Source: an uncultured Ruficoccus sp. (GTDB taxonomy: Bacteria > Verrucomicrobiota > Verrucomicrobiia > Opitutales > Cerasicoccaceae). Taken from it: 64,000 nt of DNA. The DNA is taken from contig OZ223505.1 of NCBI GenBank assembly GCA_965140785.1, forward strand, positions 1 to 64,000, read 5' to 3'. The position numbers were made by a program, and so were the translations under genes. Of this stretch, positions 20,701-30,586 are shown piece by piece (position 1 is the first letter of the stretch; every line of letters begins with the position of its first letter). The notes under the pieces were generated by a model. The model was not told the DNA's origin. It did not search any database and worked only from the letters and a program-made list of their open reading frames with translations.

Positions 20701-20860
20701 CACGTCTGTCTTCGGCGGGATGCTGGTGGCGACGGCGGTCAGCGTCATCGTCGTGCCCATGCTTTACTACGTCATCCAGGTGCTGTCGGAAAAGTTCGGC
20801 GGCTCCCAGCCCGCCCCGCAGCCCTCCGCCCCTGAAGAAAATTCCGGCCATGAAGCTTAA
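17708..20860 (+). CDS. RND efflux permease, HAE1/AcrB family
   Basis: MFSHFFIRRPIFA, GIVVDDAIVVVEN, KSAILIVEFA and RFRAVLMT. Confidence 0.96.
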   Translation: MFSHFFIRRPIFAAVLSIVIMLLGAFALLSLPVERYPDIAPPSVQVVANYPGADAQTVADTVASPIEQEVNGVENMIYMSSICANDGSMTLTVSFATGTDPDMSQVLVQNRVSKATSQLPQEVQRLGVQVDKQMKDANLYLALISPDGRYDDIFLANYVNLRIKDELARVPGVGKVQTFGAEKFSMRLWLDPDKMTARRVTVDEVINAVKEQNVQVAAGNIGEPPAPPGQEFQYTINVKGRLSDPAEFADIIIRTGDEGQVLRLGDVARVELGAENYKLQAQLNGQPAAAMGVYQVPGANALAVAKGVKTRVDELAESFPEGIEMVVVYDNTRMIVASMEEVIVTLFMTLILVVLVVYIFLQSFRATLIPTLTIPVSLIGTFGAMAMLGFSINLLTLFGLILVIGIVVDDAIVVVENCTRHLEEGMSPKEAAMLTMTEVSGPVVATTLVLLAVFVPTAFMGGITGILFQQFALTISVATLFSSINALTLSPALCGVLLRKSSGRVNWFFRLFNTGMDKTTNGYHATVRAFMRKAALGVLLFVGMVVLAMWGFVRLPTGFVPQEDEGYCILSVQLPDAASLQRTTSVMDQVNKIVADTPGVQNTLTISGFSLLDGAASSNMAFSIAVFKDWSERPPDQHQNVILASLNQRLSRLMDALAFAFPTPSLPGLGLTGGFTLMLQDRAGVGLETLEQTSNTFIEDGSSQSAISSMSTTFRANVPQLFVDIDREQVKNRDLSFNSVFDAMQTYLGSSYINDFTLYNRVFKVKAQADPAARSTVSDIGKLEILTPTGEMTPLAGIIDVSEILGPQTITRYNLYPSVKVMGNNAPGYSSGQAMAVVENMAAQNLPVSMGYEWTDLSYQQAQASGGTTIIFALAIILVYLVLAAQYESWTLPISVCLSVPTALLGAVAALMIRGYDNNLYTQIGIVLLIGLSTKSAILIVEFAKEQRDSGMSPFDAALSAARLRFRAVLMTAFSFILGVIPLLVATGAGAESRKAIGTSVFGGMLVATAVSVIVVPMLYYVIQVLSEKFGGSQPAPQPSAPEENSGHEA

Positions 20861-23273
20861 TCTTTTCCTCACCCTTTTGTTGTCCGCGCTGGCCCTGCCG
20901 CTGGCGGCCCAATCCACCGGAGCGGCCGCGCCCGACGCCGTGCCAGATCTATCCGGCCCCGCTCCCGTACCGGCGCAGACGGCCTACACCATCGCCGTGG
21001 TGCGTGACGGGGCCTCGCCGGCTTTTGACGAGCAACTCAATCGCATCCGACAGGAGCTGCAGGGGCTGATTCGCCAAAAGGTGCGGGTAGTGTTTAAGGA
21101 GGACAGCGACTTCAGCGCACACTGGACACCGAGCCGCGCGCCCGAGGCCTTTCGCGCCGCGCTCGTCGATCCCGAGGCGGACGCCGTGTTGGTGCAGGGC
21201 CTGCTCGTGATGAACGCCGCCACCGGAGCCGGTTACCCACTGCCCAAGCCCGTGGTCGGCGCCTGGTTGCAGGAGCCCGAGATGATCAATCTGCTACTCG
21301 ACGAGGAGGGTCGCTCCGCCGTGCCCAACCTCAACCTCGTGGTCGGCGCGCATACCGTGCGTGAGGATTTAAAAGACTTTGTCAATCTGGTGGACTTCGC
21401 CCGCCTTTACGTGCTGGTCGATGAAGCCTATGCCGACAGCGTGGCCTTTGTGCAGGACTATCTCGAGGAGATGGACACGGCGGTGAAGGCCGAGATCGCG
21501 GTCATCGGTGTGGGGACGGACCCGCAGGCCGCGCTCGACCAGCTCCCGTCCGACGCGCGTGCGGTTTATGTGTTTCCACCCCTGCGCATGGACGAGGCCG
21601 GGCGCAAGGCATTGATTGACGGCATCAACGCCCGTGGCATCCCGTCCTTTGCCTACGCGGGGGAGCCGGCGGTCCGCGCCGGGGTGCTGGCCGGTTCGCT
21701 GCCTGACATTGAGCTGCAACTGACCCGCCGCACCGCGTTGAACTTCCAGCGCATCATCACCGGGGCCGCGCCGGAGTCGCTGACGGCGCGCGTGCGGGTC
21801 GAGCCCCGCCTGTACCTTAACGCCCTGACCGCGCAGCAGATCGGCTACGACATCGCCTACGAGACTGCCGCCAACGCTGAGGTTTTGTTTGAGAACGAGA
21901 TCGTCACCGGCGATCCGATCGAGCTGATCGGGGCGATCGAGAAGGCGCTCAAGTACAACTTCGAGTACCTCTCGCGCCAGGAGGACACCAAGGTCAGCTA
22001 CGAGGACAAGCGCCTCGCCCTGAGCCCGCTGCTGCCGCAGATCAGCGCCTACACCAGCTACACGCAGGTGGACGCCGGGACCGTGTATGCCTCCGGCGGA
22101 GCCATTCCCAAGGTCGGGGCGGACGTCGGCGTGCGCATCAGCCAGATCATTTACAGTGACCAGCGGCTGGCCAACCTTCAGGTGGCCGGGGAGAATTACC
22201 AGGCGGCCACCTTGCAGGAGGAGGTCACGCGGCTGGACATCATTCAGGGCGCGGCCATCGCCTACATCGATTATCTCTCGGCGTTGGCGGTGGAGCGCGT
22301 CGCGCGCGACAACCTCTCCGTCACCCGGCGCAACCTCGAACTCTCGCGCATTCGAGAGAGCGTGGGCACCGGTGGGCGCGAGGAGGTCTACCGCTTCGAG
22401 GCGGCGGAGGCGTCCGACCGCGCCGATGTGGCCGATGCGCAGTCGCGGGTCGAGCAGGCGCTGGTGGCGCTCAACCAGGTTCTCGGCGAGGACTTGAGCA
22501 AACGGTGGCGGCCTGAGGACCTTTCGCTGGAGTCTTCGCATTTCCGCGACATGGCCGACACCGCTTCCGGGCTCATCGGGACCGCTACGGACTACGAGCG
22601 CTTCCGGCTCTTCTCGCTCCAGTACGGGGTCTCGCGCAGTCCCGAGGTGGGTGCCTTCGAGCGGCTCATCCAGGGGCAGGAGATCAGCCTCGACCAGAAG
22701 GAGCGCTCGTTCTACATCCCCGAGGTCGGCGCGAGCTTCAACTACGCCAACACCTTCCACCAGAGCAGCGAGTACAACCCGCCGTTGCCGCCCGACGACG
22801 ACGCCTGGGCGGTCATGGTCGAGGCCGAGCTGCCGATCTTCGAGGGCGGGGCGCGGGTATTCGACGTCATCCGCCAGAAGTCCGTCGTGCGCGGGCTGGA
22901 GTACACCCGCGACCTCACGCGCCAGCTCGTTCAGCAGCGCATCCTTAACTCGATTTACGCGCTGGCCGCCTCACGCTCGAACATCGAGTACAGCCAGACC
23001 GCTGCCGACCGGGCCAACAAGAACCTCGACATCGTGACCGACAAGTACCGCCAGGGCATGGTCAACAACATCGACCTCATCGACGCGCAGAACGAGGCCT
23101 TCACCCAGCGCCAGAACGAGGTGCTCGCCGTCTATGGTTTTTTGCAGAACCTCGTCGGCTACATGCGGGCGATTAATTTCTACGAGTTCTACGCCGAGCC
23201 TTCGCAGCGCGAGAGCTGGATGCAGCAGGCGCAGGTCTTTATCCAGCGCAGGCCGGCCACTGCTACGCCGTAG
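20850..23273 (+). CDS. TolC-family outer-membrane channel with N-terminal ABC substrate-binding-like domain
   Basis: 807 aa. The C-terminal ~450 aa show OEP repeats; the N-terminal ~350 aa contain 'IPSFAYAGEPAVRAGVLAG' and 'LYLNALTAQQIGYDI', resembling ABC_sub_bind. Confidence 0.8.
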   Translation: MKLNLFLTLLLSALALPLAAQSTGAAAPDAVPDLSGPAPVPAQTAYTIAVVRDGASPAFDEQLNRIRQELQGLIRQKVRVVFKEDSDFSAHWTPSRAPEAFRAALVDPEADAVLVQGLLVMNAATGAGYPLPKPVVGAWLQEPEMINLLLDEEGRSAVPNLNLVVGAHTVREDLKDFVNLVDFARLYVLVDEAYADSVAFVQDYLEEMDTAVKAEIAVIGVGTDPQAALDQLPSDARAVYVFPPLRMDEAGRKALIDGINARGIPSFAYAGEPAVRAGVLAGSLPDIELQLTRRTALNFQRIITGAAPESLTARVRVEPRLYLNALTAQQIGYDIAYETAANAEVLFENEIVTGDPIELIGAIEKALKYNFEYLSRQEDTKVSYEDKRLALSPLLPQISAYTSYTQVDAGTVYASGGAIPKVGADVGVRISQIIYSDQRLANLQVAGENYQAATLQEEVTRLDIIQGAAIAYIDYLSALAVERVARDNLSVTRRNLELSRIRESVGTGGREEVYRFEAAEASDRADVADAQSRVEQALVALNQVLGEDLSKRWRPEDLSLESSHFRDMADTASGLIGTATDYERFRLFSLQYGVSRSPEVGAFERLIQGQEISLDQKERSFYIPEVGASFNYANTFHQSSEYNPPLPPDDDAWAVMVEAELPIFEGGARVFDVIRQKSVVRGLEYTRDLTRQLVQQRILNSIYALAASRSNIEYSQTAADRANKNLDIVTDKYRQGMVNNIDLIDAQNEAFTQRQNEVLAVYGFLQNLVGYMRAINFYEFYAEPSQRESWMQQAQVFIQRRPATATP

Positions 23274-23304
23274 TGGCGACAGTTCGGAATCTTGGAATAT
23301 TCAT

Positions 23305-23388
23305 TTAACCGCAAAGAGCGCAAAGGTTCTTAAGGCTTCGTCGTGTGTTCTGGTCTGTCTTCGCGTCCTTGGCGCACTTGGAGGTTAA
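23305..23388. repeat. Periodic inverted-arm element B
   Basis: ttaaccgcaaagagcgcaaagg ... cttcgcgtccttggcgcacttggaggttaa. Confidence 0.8.
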
Positions 23389-23510
23389 GGCTATTCGCAT
23401 AAAGAACTTTTGTGGAGAGAGGACGGTGCGCGTGAAGATTCCGTCACGGCTTGGATTAAAAACCCTTTCGGCCTTGCCGTCAGACGGTGTGGGGCTCATG
23501 GTTTATCCCT

Positions 23511-24908
23511 ATGCGTCAGCTTAAACACACCTCTGATCAGAACGAATCTCTCTCCTACACTTACGCCGACCGTCACATGGACGAGGCGGTTTCGAAGTAC
23601 GCCATCCCCGAGGGCGGCATGGGCGCGCGCGTTGCGGCCCAGATCATTCGCGACGAGTTAAACCTCGACGGCAACCCCGCGCTCAACCTCGCCAGCTTCG
23701 TTACCACCTGGATGGAGCCCGAGGCGGACGAACTGCTCAAGGACACCGCGAACAAGAATTTTGTCGACCAGGACGAGTACCCGCAAACCGAGGAAATCCA
23801 TCAGCGCGTGATCAGCATGATGGGGCGCATGTTCAATGCGCCGGAGGACTGCGATCCGGTCGGCACCTGCACAGTCGGCTCCTCCGAGGCGATCATGCTC
23901 GGCCTGCTGGCGCACAAGTGGTCGTGGAAAAAGCGCCGCGAGCAGGAGGGCAAATCCACCGCCAACCCGAACGTGGTCTTCTCCGCCGATGTGCACACCT
24001 GCTGGGAGAAGTTCGCCCGTTATTTCGATGTCGAGATGCGCGTCGTCCCGTTGAAGAAGGACCAGTTCTTCATGAGTGCGGACCAGATCGAGGAGTACAT
24101 TGACGAGAACACCTGCGCCGTCGGCTGTGTGGTGGGCACGACCTTCACCGGCCAGATCGACGACGTGCAGGGCGTCAACGACTACCTGCTCAAGCTCAAG
24201 TCCGAAAAGGGCTGGGACATCCCGATCCATGTGGACGGGGCCAGTGGCGGCTTCGTCGCGCCCTTCGTTTACCCGGAGGTGAAGTGGGACTTCCGCCTGG
24301 AGCAGGTGCGCTCGATCAACACCTCGAACCACAAGTTCGGGCTCGTTTATCCGGGCATCGGCTCGGTCGTCTTCCGCGACCGCTCGGACCTGCCCGAGGA
24401 GCTGGTGTTCAACATCACCTACCTGGGCGGCTCCATGCCCAACTACAGCCTGAACTTCTCCCGTGCCTCCAGCATGGTATTGCTCCAGTACTACAACTTC
24501 CTGCGTCTGGGCCAGGAGGGGTACCGCCGCATCATGAACAACATCATGGACAATGCGCAGTACCTGGAGAAAAAACTGACCGAGACCGGCTACTTCGAAC
24601 TGCTGAACGAATCCAAGTACCTGCCCACCGTGACCGTCCGCCTGAAGGATCGCGAGCTGCCGGACAAGGTTGTGTACATGCTCTCGGACCTACTGCGCCA
24701 GTACGGCTGGATCGTCCCGGCCTATCCGCTGCCGCCCCACGCCGACGAGGTGCACGTGCTGCGCATGGTGGTGAAGGAGAACTTCTCCCGCGACATGGCC
24801 GAGAAGTTTGCTGACGACATCGTCAAGTGCATCAAGAAGCTCGGCGAAGACGCCAAGGACTTCGAAAAGTACTTCGAGCAACAAAAGGGCAAGGGCCGCG
24901 TCTGCTAG
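23511..24908 (+). CDS. gadB: Glutamate decarboxylase (PLP-dependent)
   Basis: LDGNPALNLASFVTTWME, GSSEAIMLG, IHVDGASGGF and SNHKFGLVYPG. Confidence 0.93.
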   Translation: MRQLKHTSDQNESLSYTYADRHMDEAVSKYAIPEGGMGARVAAQIIRDELNLDGNPALNLASFVTTWMEPEADELLKDTANKNFVDQDEYPQTEEIHQRVISMMGRMFNAPEDCDPVGTCTVGSSEAIMLGLLAHKWSWKKRREQEGKSTANPNVVFSADVHTCWEKFARYFDVEMRVVPLKKDQFFMSADQIEEYIDENTCAVGCVVGTTFTGQIDDVQGVNDYLLKLKSEKGWDIPIHVDGASGGFVAPFVYPEVKWDFRLEQVRSINTSNHKFGLVYPGIGSVVFRDRSDLPEELVFNITYLGGSMPNYSLNFSRASSMVLLQYYNFLRLGQEGYRRIMNNIMDNAQYLEKKLTETGYFELLNESKYLPTVTVRLKDRELPDKVVYMLSDLLRQYGWIVPAYPLPPHADEVHVLRMVVKENFSRDMAEKFADDIVKCIKKLGEDAKDFEKYFEQQKGKGRVC

Positions 24909-24929
24909 CGGCGTTGAAAATCTTATTTT

Positions 24930-25010
24930 TTACCACAAAGGCACAAAGCCCCGCCGTGGCTGTAAGTTTTTCCGGCATCTCTTTTCGTCCTTTGCGCTCT
25001 TTGCGGTTAA
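24930..25010. repeat. Periodic inverted-arm element C (degenerate left arm)
   Basis: ttaccacaaaggcacaaag ... cttttcgtcctttgcgctctttgcggttaa. Confidence 0.75.
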
Positions 25011-25022
25011 GCTGTTTACGCC

Positions 25023-26006
25023 GTGCCGACGGATCGACCCGAACCTCACCAGGACCTGCCGCGCCATGTGGACTTCCCGGCGCACTGGGAGCACGTGCGC
25101 ACGCACAAGGTCGGCCCGTTCATCACGCAGGTGGTGCACCGGCTGCCGGACGGTCGGCTGCACGTGTGGAGTTCGCGTCGCCACCGCAAGCGCCTGGGAG
25201 CGCTGATCCGCGACAGCGCCGCGCATGACATCAAGACGGTCGAGCGGCTGGCGCGGATTGAGTTGAAGCGGGTTCAGTGGTGGGGCTGGCGTTTCGACCA
25301 CCTGAGCTGGTGGATCGGCCTGATCTTTATCCTCGGGTCGATCTGCTTCGTGCTTGGGACGGTGCCGCTGGCTTTCTCCACTGTCGCCGACTGGATGGGC
25401 TGGAGCGAGTGGGCGCTGGATTTCACCTGCTTCATGGGGTCGGTCTTTTTCACCATCGGTAGCTACATGCTGGTACTGGAGGCGCTTAACGCCCCCTCCG
25501 ACCCGAGTGCCAGCCACAGCCAACATCCCAAGCGCCGGCGCTGGCGCTGGTTGGGCTGGGAGTGGGAGCGGATCGACTTCCGCATCGCGGTGGTGCAGCT
25601 GACCGGGGCGATCATTTTTAACATCAACTGCGGCATGGCCCTGGTCGAGGGGCTGACGTGGTGGCAGAGCGACCTGTACGTGTGGACGCCGAGCACGCTA
25701 GCCTCGTGCTGCTTCGTCACCGCCAGCTACCTGGGGCTGATCGAGGTTACGCACCGGCGCTGGGCCTGGCTGGTGCTCAGTATGGGCTGGTGGATCAACC
25801 TTTTCAGCTTGCTGGGCTCATTCGGCTTCCTGTGCTCAAGCGTGGTGGGGTACTTCGGGCAGGGGCCGGTGCTCATTCCGCAGTGGTGGGGCAACCTCTT
25901 CGCTCTCATGATGGGCTCGTGGTTCTTCCTGTTCAGCACCTACCTGCTCGTGCCGGAGGTCTTGACCGAGGAAGAGAGCGGGGAGCACCCGGAGCCGCAG
26001 CAATAA
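25023..26006 (+). CDS. Integral membrane protein, YrhK-like repeats
   Basis: About 6 TM helices with repeated 'F..GS..F..G' motifs; Trp-rich. Confidence 0.7.
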   Translation: MPTDRPEPHQDLPRHVDFPAHWEHVRTHKVGPFITQVVHRLPDGRLHVWSSRRHRKRLGALIRDSAAHDIKTVERLARIELKRVQWWGWRFDHLSWWIGLIFILGSICFVLGTVPLAFSTVADWMGWSEWALDFTCFMGSVFFTIGSYMLVLEALNAPSDPSASHSQHPKRRRWRWLGWEWERIDFRIAVVQLTGAIIFNINCGMALVEGLTWWQSDLYVWTPSTLASCCFVTASYLGLIEVTHRRWAWLVLSMGWWINLFSLLGSFGFLCSSVVGYFGQGPVLIPQWWGNLFALMMGSWFFLFSTYLLVPEVLTEEESGEHPEPQQ

Positions 26007-26112
26007 GGCTGTTTTATCCGTTTCCCTGGTGTGGAACCACATCCGCCCGCCGGTGTCCGCTCAAGTAGCCCTTTGCATAAAGCGACGGTTGACCGGAAAC
26101 CCGCATGCTGGC

Positions 26113-26140
26113 TTGCCAGCCGGAGGTGACGGGTTATAGT
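26113..26140 (+). promoter_or_regulatory. Putative sigma-70 promoter of the moxR operon
   Basis: TTGCCA-16 nt-TATAGT. Confidence 0.35.
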
Positions 26141-26172
26141 AAATGATGCCCCGTTAACTGATATATAGAGTT

Positions 26173-27150
26173 ATGAATACCCCCTCGAAGCCCATCCCCG
26201 CCCCACGGATCAAGGAAACCCTCGACGGGTTACGCAGCAACATCGGCACCGTTATCCGTGGCAAAGACGAGGTCATCCGGCAGGTGGTCGTTTCGTTGGT
26301 GGCTGGCGGGCACGTGTTGATCGAGGATTTGCCGGGGGTGGGAAAGACCACGCTGGCTTATTGCCTGGCCCGGTCGGTGGACTGCACTTTTTCGCGCATC
26401 CAATTTACCAGCGACCTGCTGCCCAGCGATGTGATCGGCGTTTCCATTTACGACGACCAGTTGAAGGAGTTCGTCTTTAAGAAAGGCCCGATCTTCGCCA
26501 ATATCGTGCTGGCCGACGAGATCAACCGCACCACACCGAAGACCCAGTCCAGCCTGCTGGAGGCGATGGACCGGGGCAAGGTCACGGTGGACGGGCAGAC
26601 CTACACCGTCGGCTCGCCCTTCCTCGTCTTCGCCACGCAGAACCCGGTGGACTACGAAGGGACCTTTCCGCTGCCGGAGAGCCAGATGGACCGCTTTCAC
26701 ATGCGCTTGCAGATGGGCTATCCCCAGTACGACGACGAACTGGATATTCTCATGAACAACGGCGGACGCGGCAGCTACGACACAATCGACATCGGCCCGG
26801 TGGTGACGAAAAAAGAGGTGCAGGAAATCCAGCACTACACCCCGCAGGTTTTTGTCGAGGAGAGCATCCTGCACTACATGCTCAAGCTCGTGCAGGCCAC
26901 CCGCACCGAGAGCGAGTTCGAGGCCGGGATCAGCACCCGCGGCACGCTCGCGCTCAAGCTCGCCTCCCAGGCCAACGCGCTGGTCGAGGGGCGCGGCTTT
27001 GTCATCCCCGAGGACGTCAGCGGCGTGCTTCGGGCCGTCTTCACCCACCGCCTGAACCTGCGCCGCCAGACCTCCGACCCGATGGAGGAACGCCGGCTGG
27101 TCGAGGGCATTCTCAACCGCATGCTCGACTCCATTCCCGTCCCGACGTGA
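26173..27150 (+). CDS. MoxR-family AAA+ ATPase
   Basis: [38 protein letters not shown] and [11 protein letters not shown]. Confidence 0.95.
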   Translation: MNTPSKPIPAPRIKETLDGLRSNIGTVIRGKDEVIRQVVVSLVAGGHVLIEDLPGVGKTTLAYCLARSVDCTFSRIQFTSDLLPSDVIGVSIYDDQLKEFVFKKGPIFANIVLADEINRTTPKTQSSLLEAMDRGKVTVDGQTYTVGSPFLVFATQNPVDYEGTFPLPESQMDRFHMRLQMGYPQYDDELDILMNNGGRGSYDTIDIGPVVTKKEVQEIQHYTPQVFVEESILHYMLKLVQATRTESEFEAGISTRGTLALKLASQANALVEGRGFVIPEDVSGVLRAVFTHRLNLRRQTSDPMEERRLVEGILNRMLDSIPVPT

Positions 27151-28331
27151 GCACCTGGGCAGAGCCGAATCCCGAGGCGGTGCGCCCCGGCGACTGGGCC
27201 GACCCGGGCTTTTTCTCCTCCCGCCTGAGTCGGGAAGGGCGCTTCTGGCGGCTGCTGTGGATGATGATCCTGCCCCCCGAAGGCAGCCGGATTATTCCGA
27301 CCCCGGCGGGCTACGCACTTATCCTGGTCGCGCTCGGGCTGGGTACCGCCGCCTACAACACCGCCAGCAACATCCTTTTCATGGCGCTCTCGCTGCTGCT
27401 CTCCAGCCTGATCCTGAGCGGGTTTTTGAGCTGGCTCAATTTTAAGGGCATGCGCTGGCGGCTGAACCTGCCCTCCACCTTCCGGGTGGGGGAGAAGGCG
27501 GATTTGCAAATCGAGTTGGGCAACCACAAGCACTTGCTGCCGACCTACAACATCTGCTTCCACATCCGCACCGAGCGCCTGGGTAAAAAGGAGAAAGTTT
27601 TTCTCGACTCGCGTCTCAACGCCGGGGACAAGCGCCGTCTGGGCTGGATCTATCGCCCGCAGCGGCGTGGCACCGACACGATCATTCTTTCGGGGCTGGA
27701 GTCTCAGTTTCCCTTCGGCTTTTTGCGTAAAATCGTGGGCGGGGGCATCAAACGCCCGGTGACGGTCTTTCCCGCCCGCATCGACTACACCTTTCAGCCA
27801 CCGGCGGGCCATCACGCTCAACGTCGCGGGGAGATCAGCCGCCGTCCCGGCGGCGGGGCGGAGTTGATTAACATCCGGCGCTACCAGCAGGGCGATTCGC
27901 AGCGGCTGGTCCACTGGAAGGCCTCGGCTCGCCTGCGCCAGCTTATGATCCGCCAGATGGCGGAGGAAAACCGCGACGGCTACCTGATTTTTGTCGAGTC
28001 GCCCGGTTCGCTCTGGCGTGAGAGTCCGGAGATGACGGACCGCGAGAGCGAGCGCTTCGAAAAGCTCTGCGCCTTCGCCGGCAGTCTGGCCGAAGACCTT
28101 TTCCGGCAGGGGAGCCTGATCGGCTACGCCATCAACGACGAGCCGGTCAGCCCGGTCAAACGTCTGCACGACCTGCACGCCTTCCTGCGCGCGCTGGCCA
28201 ACCTGAAGCCAGTCGAGCACTACCAGCCCTCGCCCGAGATCACCGGCTACAATCTCATCACCTTCCGTCCCGGCGCGGGCGACAGCGTCCACGCCTACGT
28301 GGGCGGCAACCCGGTGGGGACGGCCTCGTGA
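27147..28331 (+). CDS. DUF58 domain protein
   Basis: 'SQFPFGF' and '[20 protein letters not shown]'. Confidence 0.9.
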   Translation: MSTWAEPNPEAVRPGDWADPGFFSSRLSREGRFWRLLWMMILPPEGSRIIPTPAGYALILVALGLGTAAYNTASNILFMALSLLLSSLILSGFLSWLNFKGMRWRLNLPSTFRVGEKADLQIELGNHKHLLPTYNICFHIRTERLGKKEKVFLDSRLNAGDKRRLGWIYRPQRRGTDTIILSGLESQFPFGFLRKIVGGGIKRPVTVFPARIDYTFQPPAGHHAQRRGEISRRPGGGAELINIRRYQQGDSQRLVHWKASARLRQLMIRQMAEENRDGYLIFVESPGSLWRESPEMTDRESERFEKLCAFAGSLAEDLFRQGSLIGYAINDEPVSPVKRLHDLHAFLRALANLKPVEHYQPSPEITGYNLITFRPGAGDSVHAYVGGNPVGTAS

Positions 28332-30586
28332 ACACCCTGACGCAGACCGATTTCCACCGGCTGAAGTGGTTGCTGGGCCAAATGCTGGCGCTGATCGCCT
28401 TCTGGGCCATGCTGGACCTGGACTTCGGCAACCAGCCGCTGCTACTGTTTTTCAGCGCGATTATCGCGCTGACGGTGTTCATGCCCGGCCTGCCGGGGCG
28501 CATCCCCCAGCTGTTCTGGCGGGCGATGACGCCCGCGCTCATCCTGATCGTGATCCTGGACTTTTTGCTGCACGGGGAGGAGTTCCTCAAGCCGCTGGTG
28601 CGAATGGTCATGCTGCTGTCGGTTTACCGTTGCCTGCAGTACCGCAGCCGCCGGGAGGATTTACAGCTCGTGCTGCTGGCCCTGTTTATCCTGGTCATCG
28701 CCGGGGTGCTGACCGTCTCGCTTTCGTTCGGGGTGCAGATGCTGCTCTTCACGCCGCTGGCCATGGTGCTGCTTTTTGTGATCAATCTGCTGGAGGCTTC
28801 GCACGACACCAAGCTGACCCGCGGGGACTGGAAGGGCTTTCGCTGGTTCTCCTTCCTGCGCCGGCTGCGCCAGAGCATGGACTACCGGCTGATCGGGTTC
28901 GCTGCCGTGCTCTTTGCGGGGGTGGTCACGGTCAGCAGCCTGATCTTCGTGACCATTCCGCGCTTCCGCATCGATCAGGCGCTGCCGTTTTTACAGATGC
29001 CGGGCACGAGCATGACCGGCTTCAGCGACATGGTCCGCTACGGGGACGTCAGCCGTCTGCAGAACGACGACCGCATTGCCCTGCGCGTCGAGGTCCCGAA
29101 CACCAACAACATCCCGGCCAGCCCTTACTGGCGGATGGTCGTGCTCGACGAATACACCGAGCAGGGCTTCCGCATGTCGCTCTCGCTCAAGCGCAATCAC
29201 GGGGAGTTCAAGCAGAACAGCCATATTTCCTCGGACTATTGGGGGCGCTACCCCTCGATTGATCATCCGGATGACGAGTGGGTGTTCTACATGGAGGGCA
29301 ACGTCAGCGAATACCTGCCCCTGTTGGGGCCATTCTCGCAGATGCGTTTTCAGAAAAAGAACAAGTACCAGGTCTTTCCCCGTCTGAACCTGGTCGCGCT
29401 CGACGCGGTCAGCGCCTCGCGCTTCGCCTATTCGGTCAAGGGCATGGCCCGGGAGAACCAGATCAGCGCCACCGAAGTGGAGAAATTTGAGCTCATCGAG
29501 CACAGCCCGCTGGTCTCGCCCCGGATGGAGGAGGAGCCGGCTCAACTATTGGAATACCCTTACACCACGCGGGCGCTGCCGTTTCGGCAGGAGGACCGCG
29601 AGTACCTCCAGGGCGTGGTCGAGGAAATCACCGGCGGCAAAGAGCTGGATGCGGAAACCTTTATCTCGAAAGCGCTCGCCTGGCTGCACGAGAACTACCG
29701 CTACAGCCGCAGTTTAAGGGAAATGTACCTGATGGAGGGCGATCCGCTCATCCTGTGGATGCAGGAGGATGACCGGGGCTGGTGCGAACACTTTGCCGGG
29801 GCCTTTGCGCTGCTGGCGCGGGCCGCAGGCTTCCCCTCGCGCATGGTGGCCGGATTCGCGGGGGCCGAGTGGAACGGCTACGAGGACTATCTGGTCGTGC
29901 GAAACAGCAACGCGCACGCCTGGATCGAAATGTATGATCTGAACGGCAACTGGCTGCGGGTGGACCCGACCCCCCAGGCCGGGATCGAAGGGCCCGCCGG
30001 GGCGGGGATGCAGACGGCGGCGGTGGGGAGCTTTTCCGGCTGGCTGGCCTGGGTGGATAGCATCCGCATGGTCTGGTACCGTCGGGTGATCAGTTTCGAC
30101 GAGGGAGATCAGGCCCGGATGGCCGAGAACCTGAAGAGTTATTCCGAAAAAACCTACGGCCAGGTTCGGGGCTGGCTGCGGGAGCAGATCAACACCTTGA
30201 AAGCATGGCTGACGCAGGACTGGGACCGGGGCAAGGTTCTGCGGATCGCCCTGGGGGTGGCTGCGGCCTGTTTCATCTTTCTGGGCGTGCGAATGCTGGT
30301 GCTGTGGGGGCGGGCGCTCATGCTCCGGCGTGGTTCCCTGCTCGGGATGCAAGCCGTTGACCCGCACCGCAAGCGCGCCGCGCGTCTGCTGGCCCGGTAC
30401 CGGCCCGCCCGGGAGCACGTCCGCTCCCATCCCCCGGACCCGGGCGAAGCTGCGGCCTGGGAGGAGACCTACCAGGCACTGCTGGCCGTGCGCTTTGGCG
30501 ACCTGAGCCAGCGCCCGCCGGTCAAGGGCATCTTCCGGCAGGCCCGCCGGCTCCTGCGCCGGGCCCGGCGGCAGGGGTGGTGCTGA
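28328..30586 (+). CDS. DUF3488/transglutaminase-like membrane protein (TgpA type)
   Basis: N-terminal TMs, GWCEHFA, AHAWIE and WLRVDPTP (Cys-His-Asp triad). Confidence 0.9.
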   Translation: MNTLTQTDFHRLKWLLGQMLALIAFWAMLDLDFGNQPLLLFFSAIIALTVFMPGLPGRIPQLFWRAMTPALILIVILDFLLHGEEFLKPLVRMVMLLSVYRCLQYRSRREDLQLVLLALFILVIAGVLTVSLSFGVQMLLFTPLAMVLLFVINLLEASHDTKLTRGDWKGFRWFSFLRRLRQSMDYRLIGFAAVLFAGVVTVSSLIFVTIPRFRIDQALPFLQMPGTSMTGFSDMVRYGDVSRLQNDDRIALRVEVPNTNNIPASPYWRMVVLDEYTEQGFRMSLSLKRNHGEFKQNSHISSDYWGRYPSIDHPDDEWVFYMEGNVSEYLPLLGPFSQMRFQKKNKYQVFPRLNLVALDAVSASRFAYSVKGMARENQISATEVEKFELIEHSPLVSPRMEEEPAQLLEYPYTTRALPFRQEDREYLQGVVEEITGGKELDAETFISKALAWLHENYRYSRSLREMYLMEGDPLILWMQEDDRGWCEHFAGAFALLARAAGFPSRMVAGFAGAEWNGYEDYLVVRNSNAHAWIEMYDLNGNWLRVDPTPQAGIEGPAGAGMQTAAVGSFSGWLAWVDSIRMVWYRRVISFDEGDQARMAENLKSYSEKTYGQVRGWLREQINTLKAWLTQDWDRGKVLRIALGVAAACFIFLGVRMLVLWGRALMLRRGSLLGMQAVDPHRKRAARLLARYRPAREHVRSHPPDPGEAAAWEETYQALLAVRFGDLSQRPPVKGIFRQARRLLRRARRQGWC

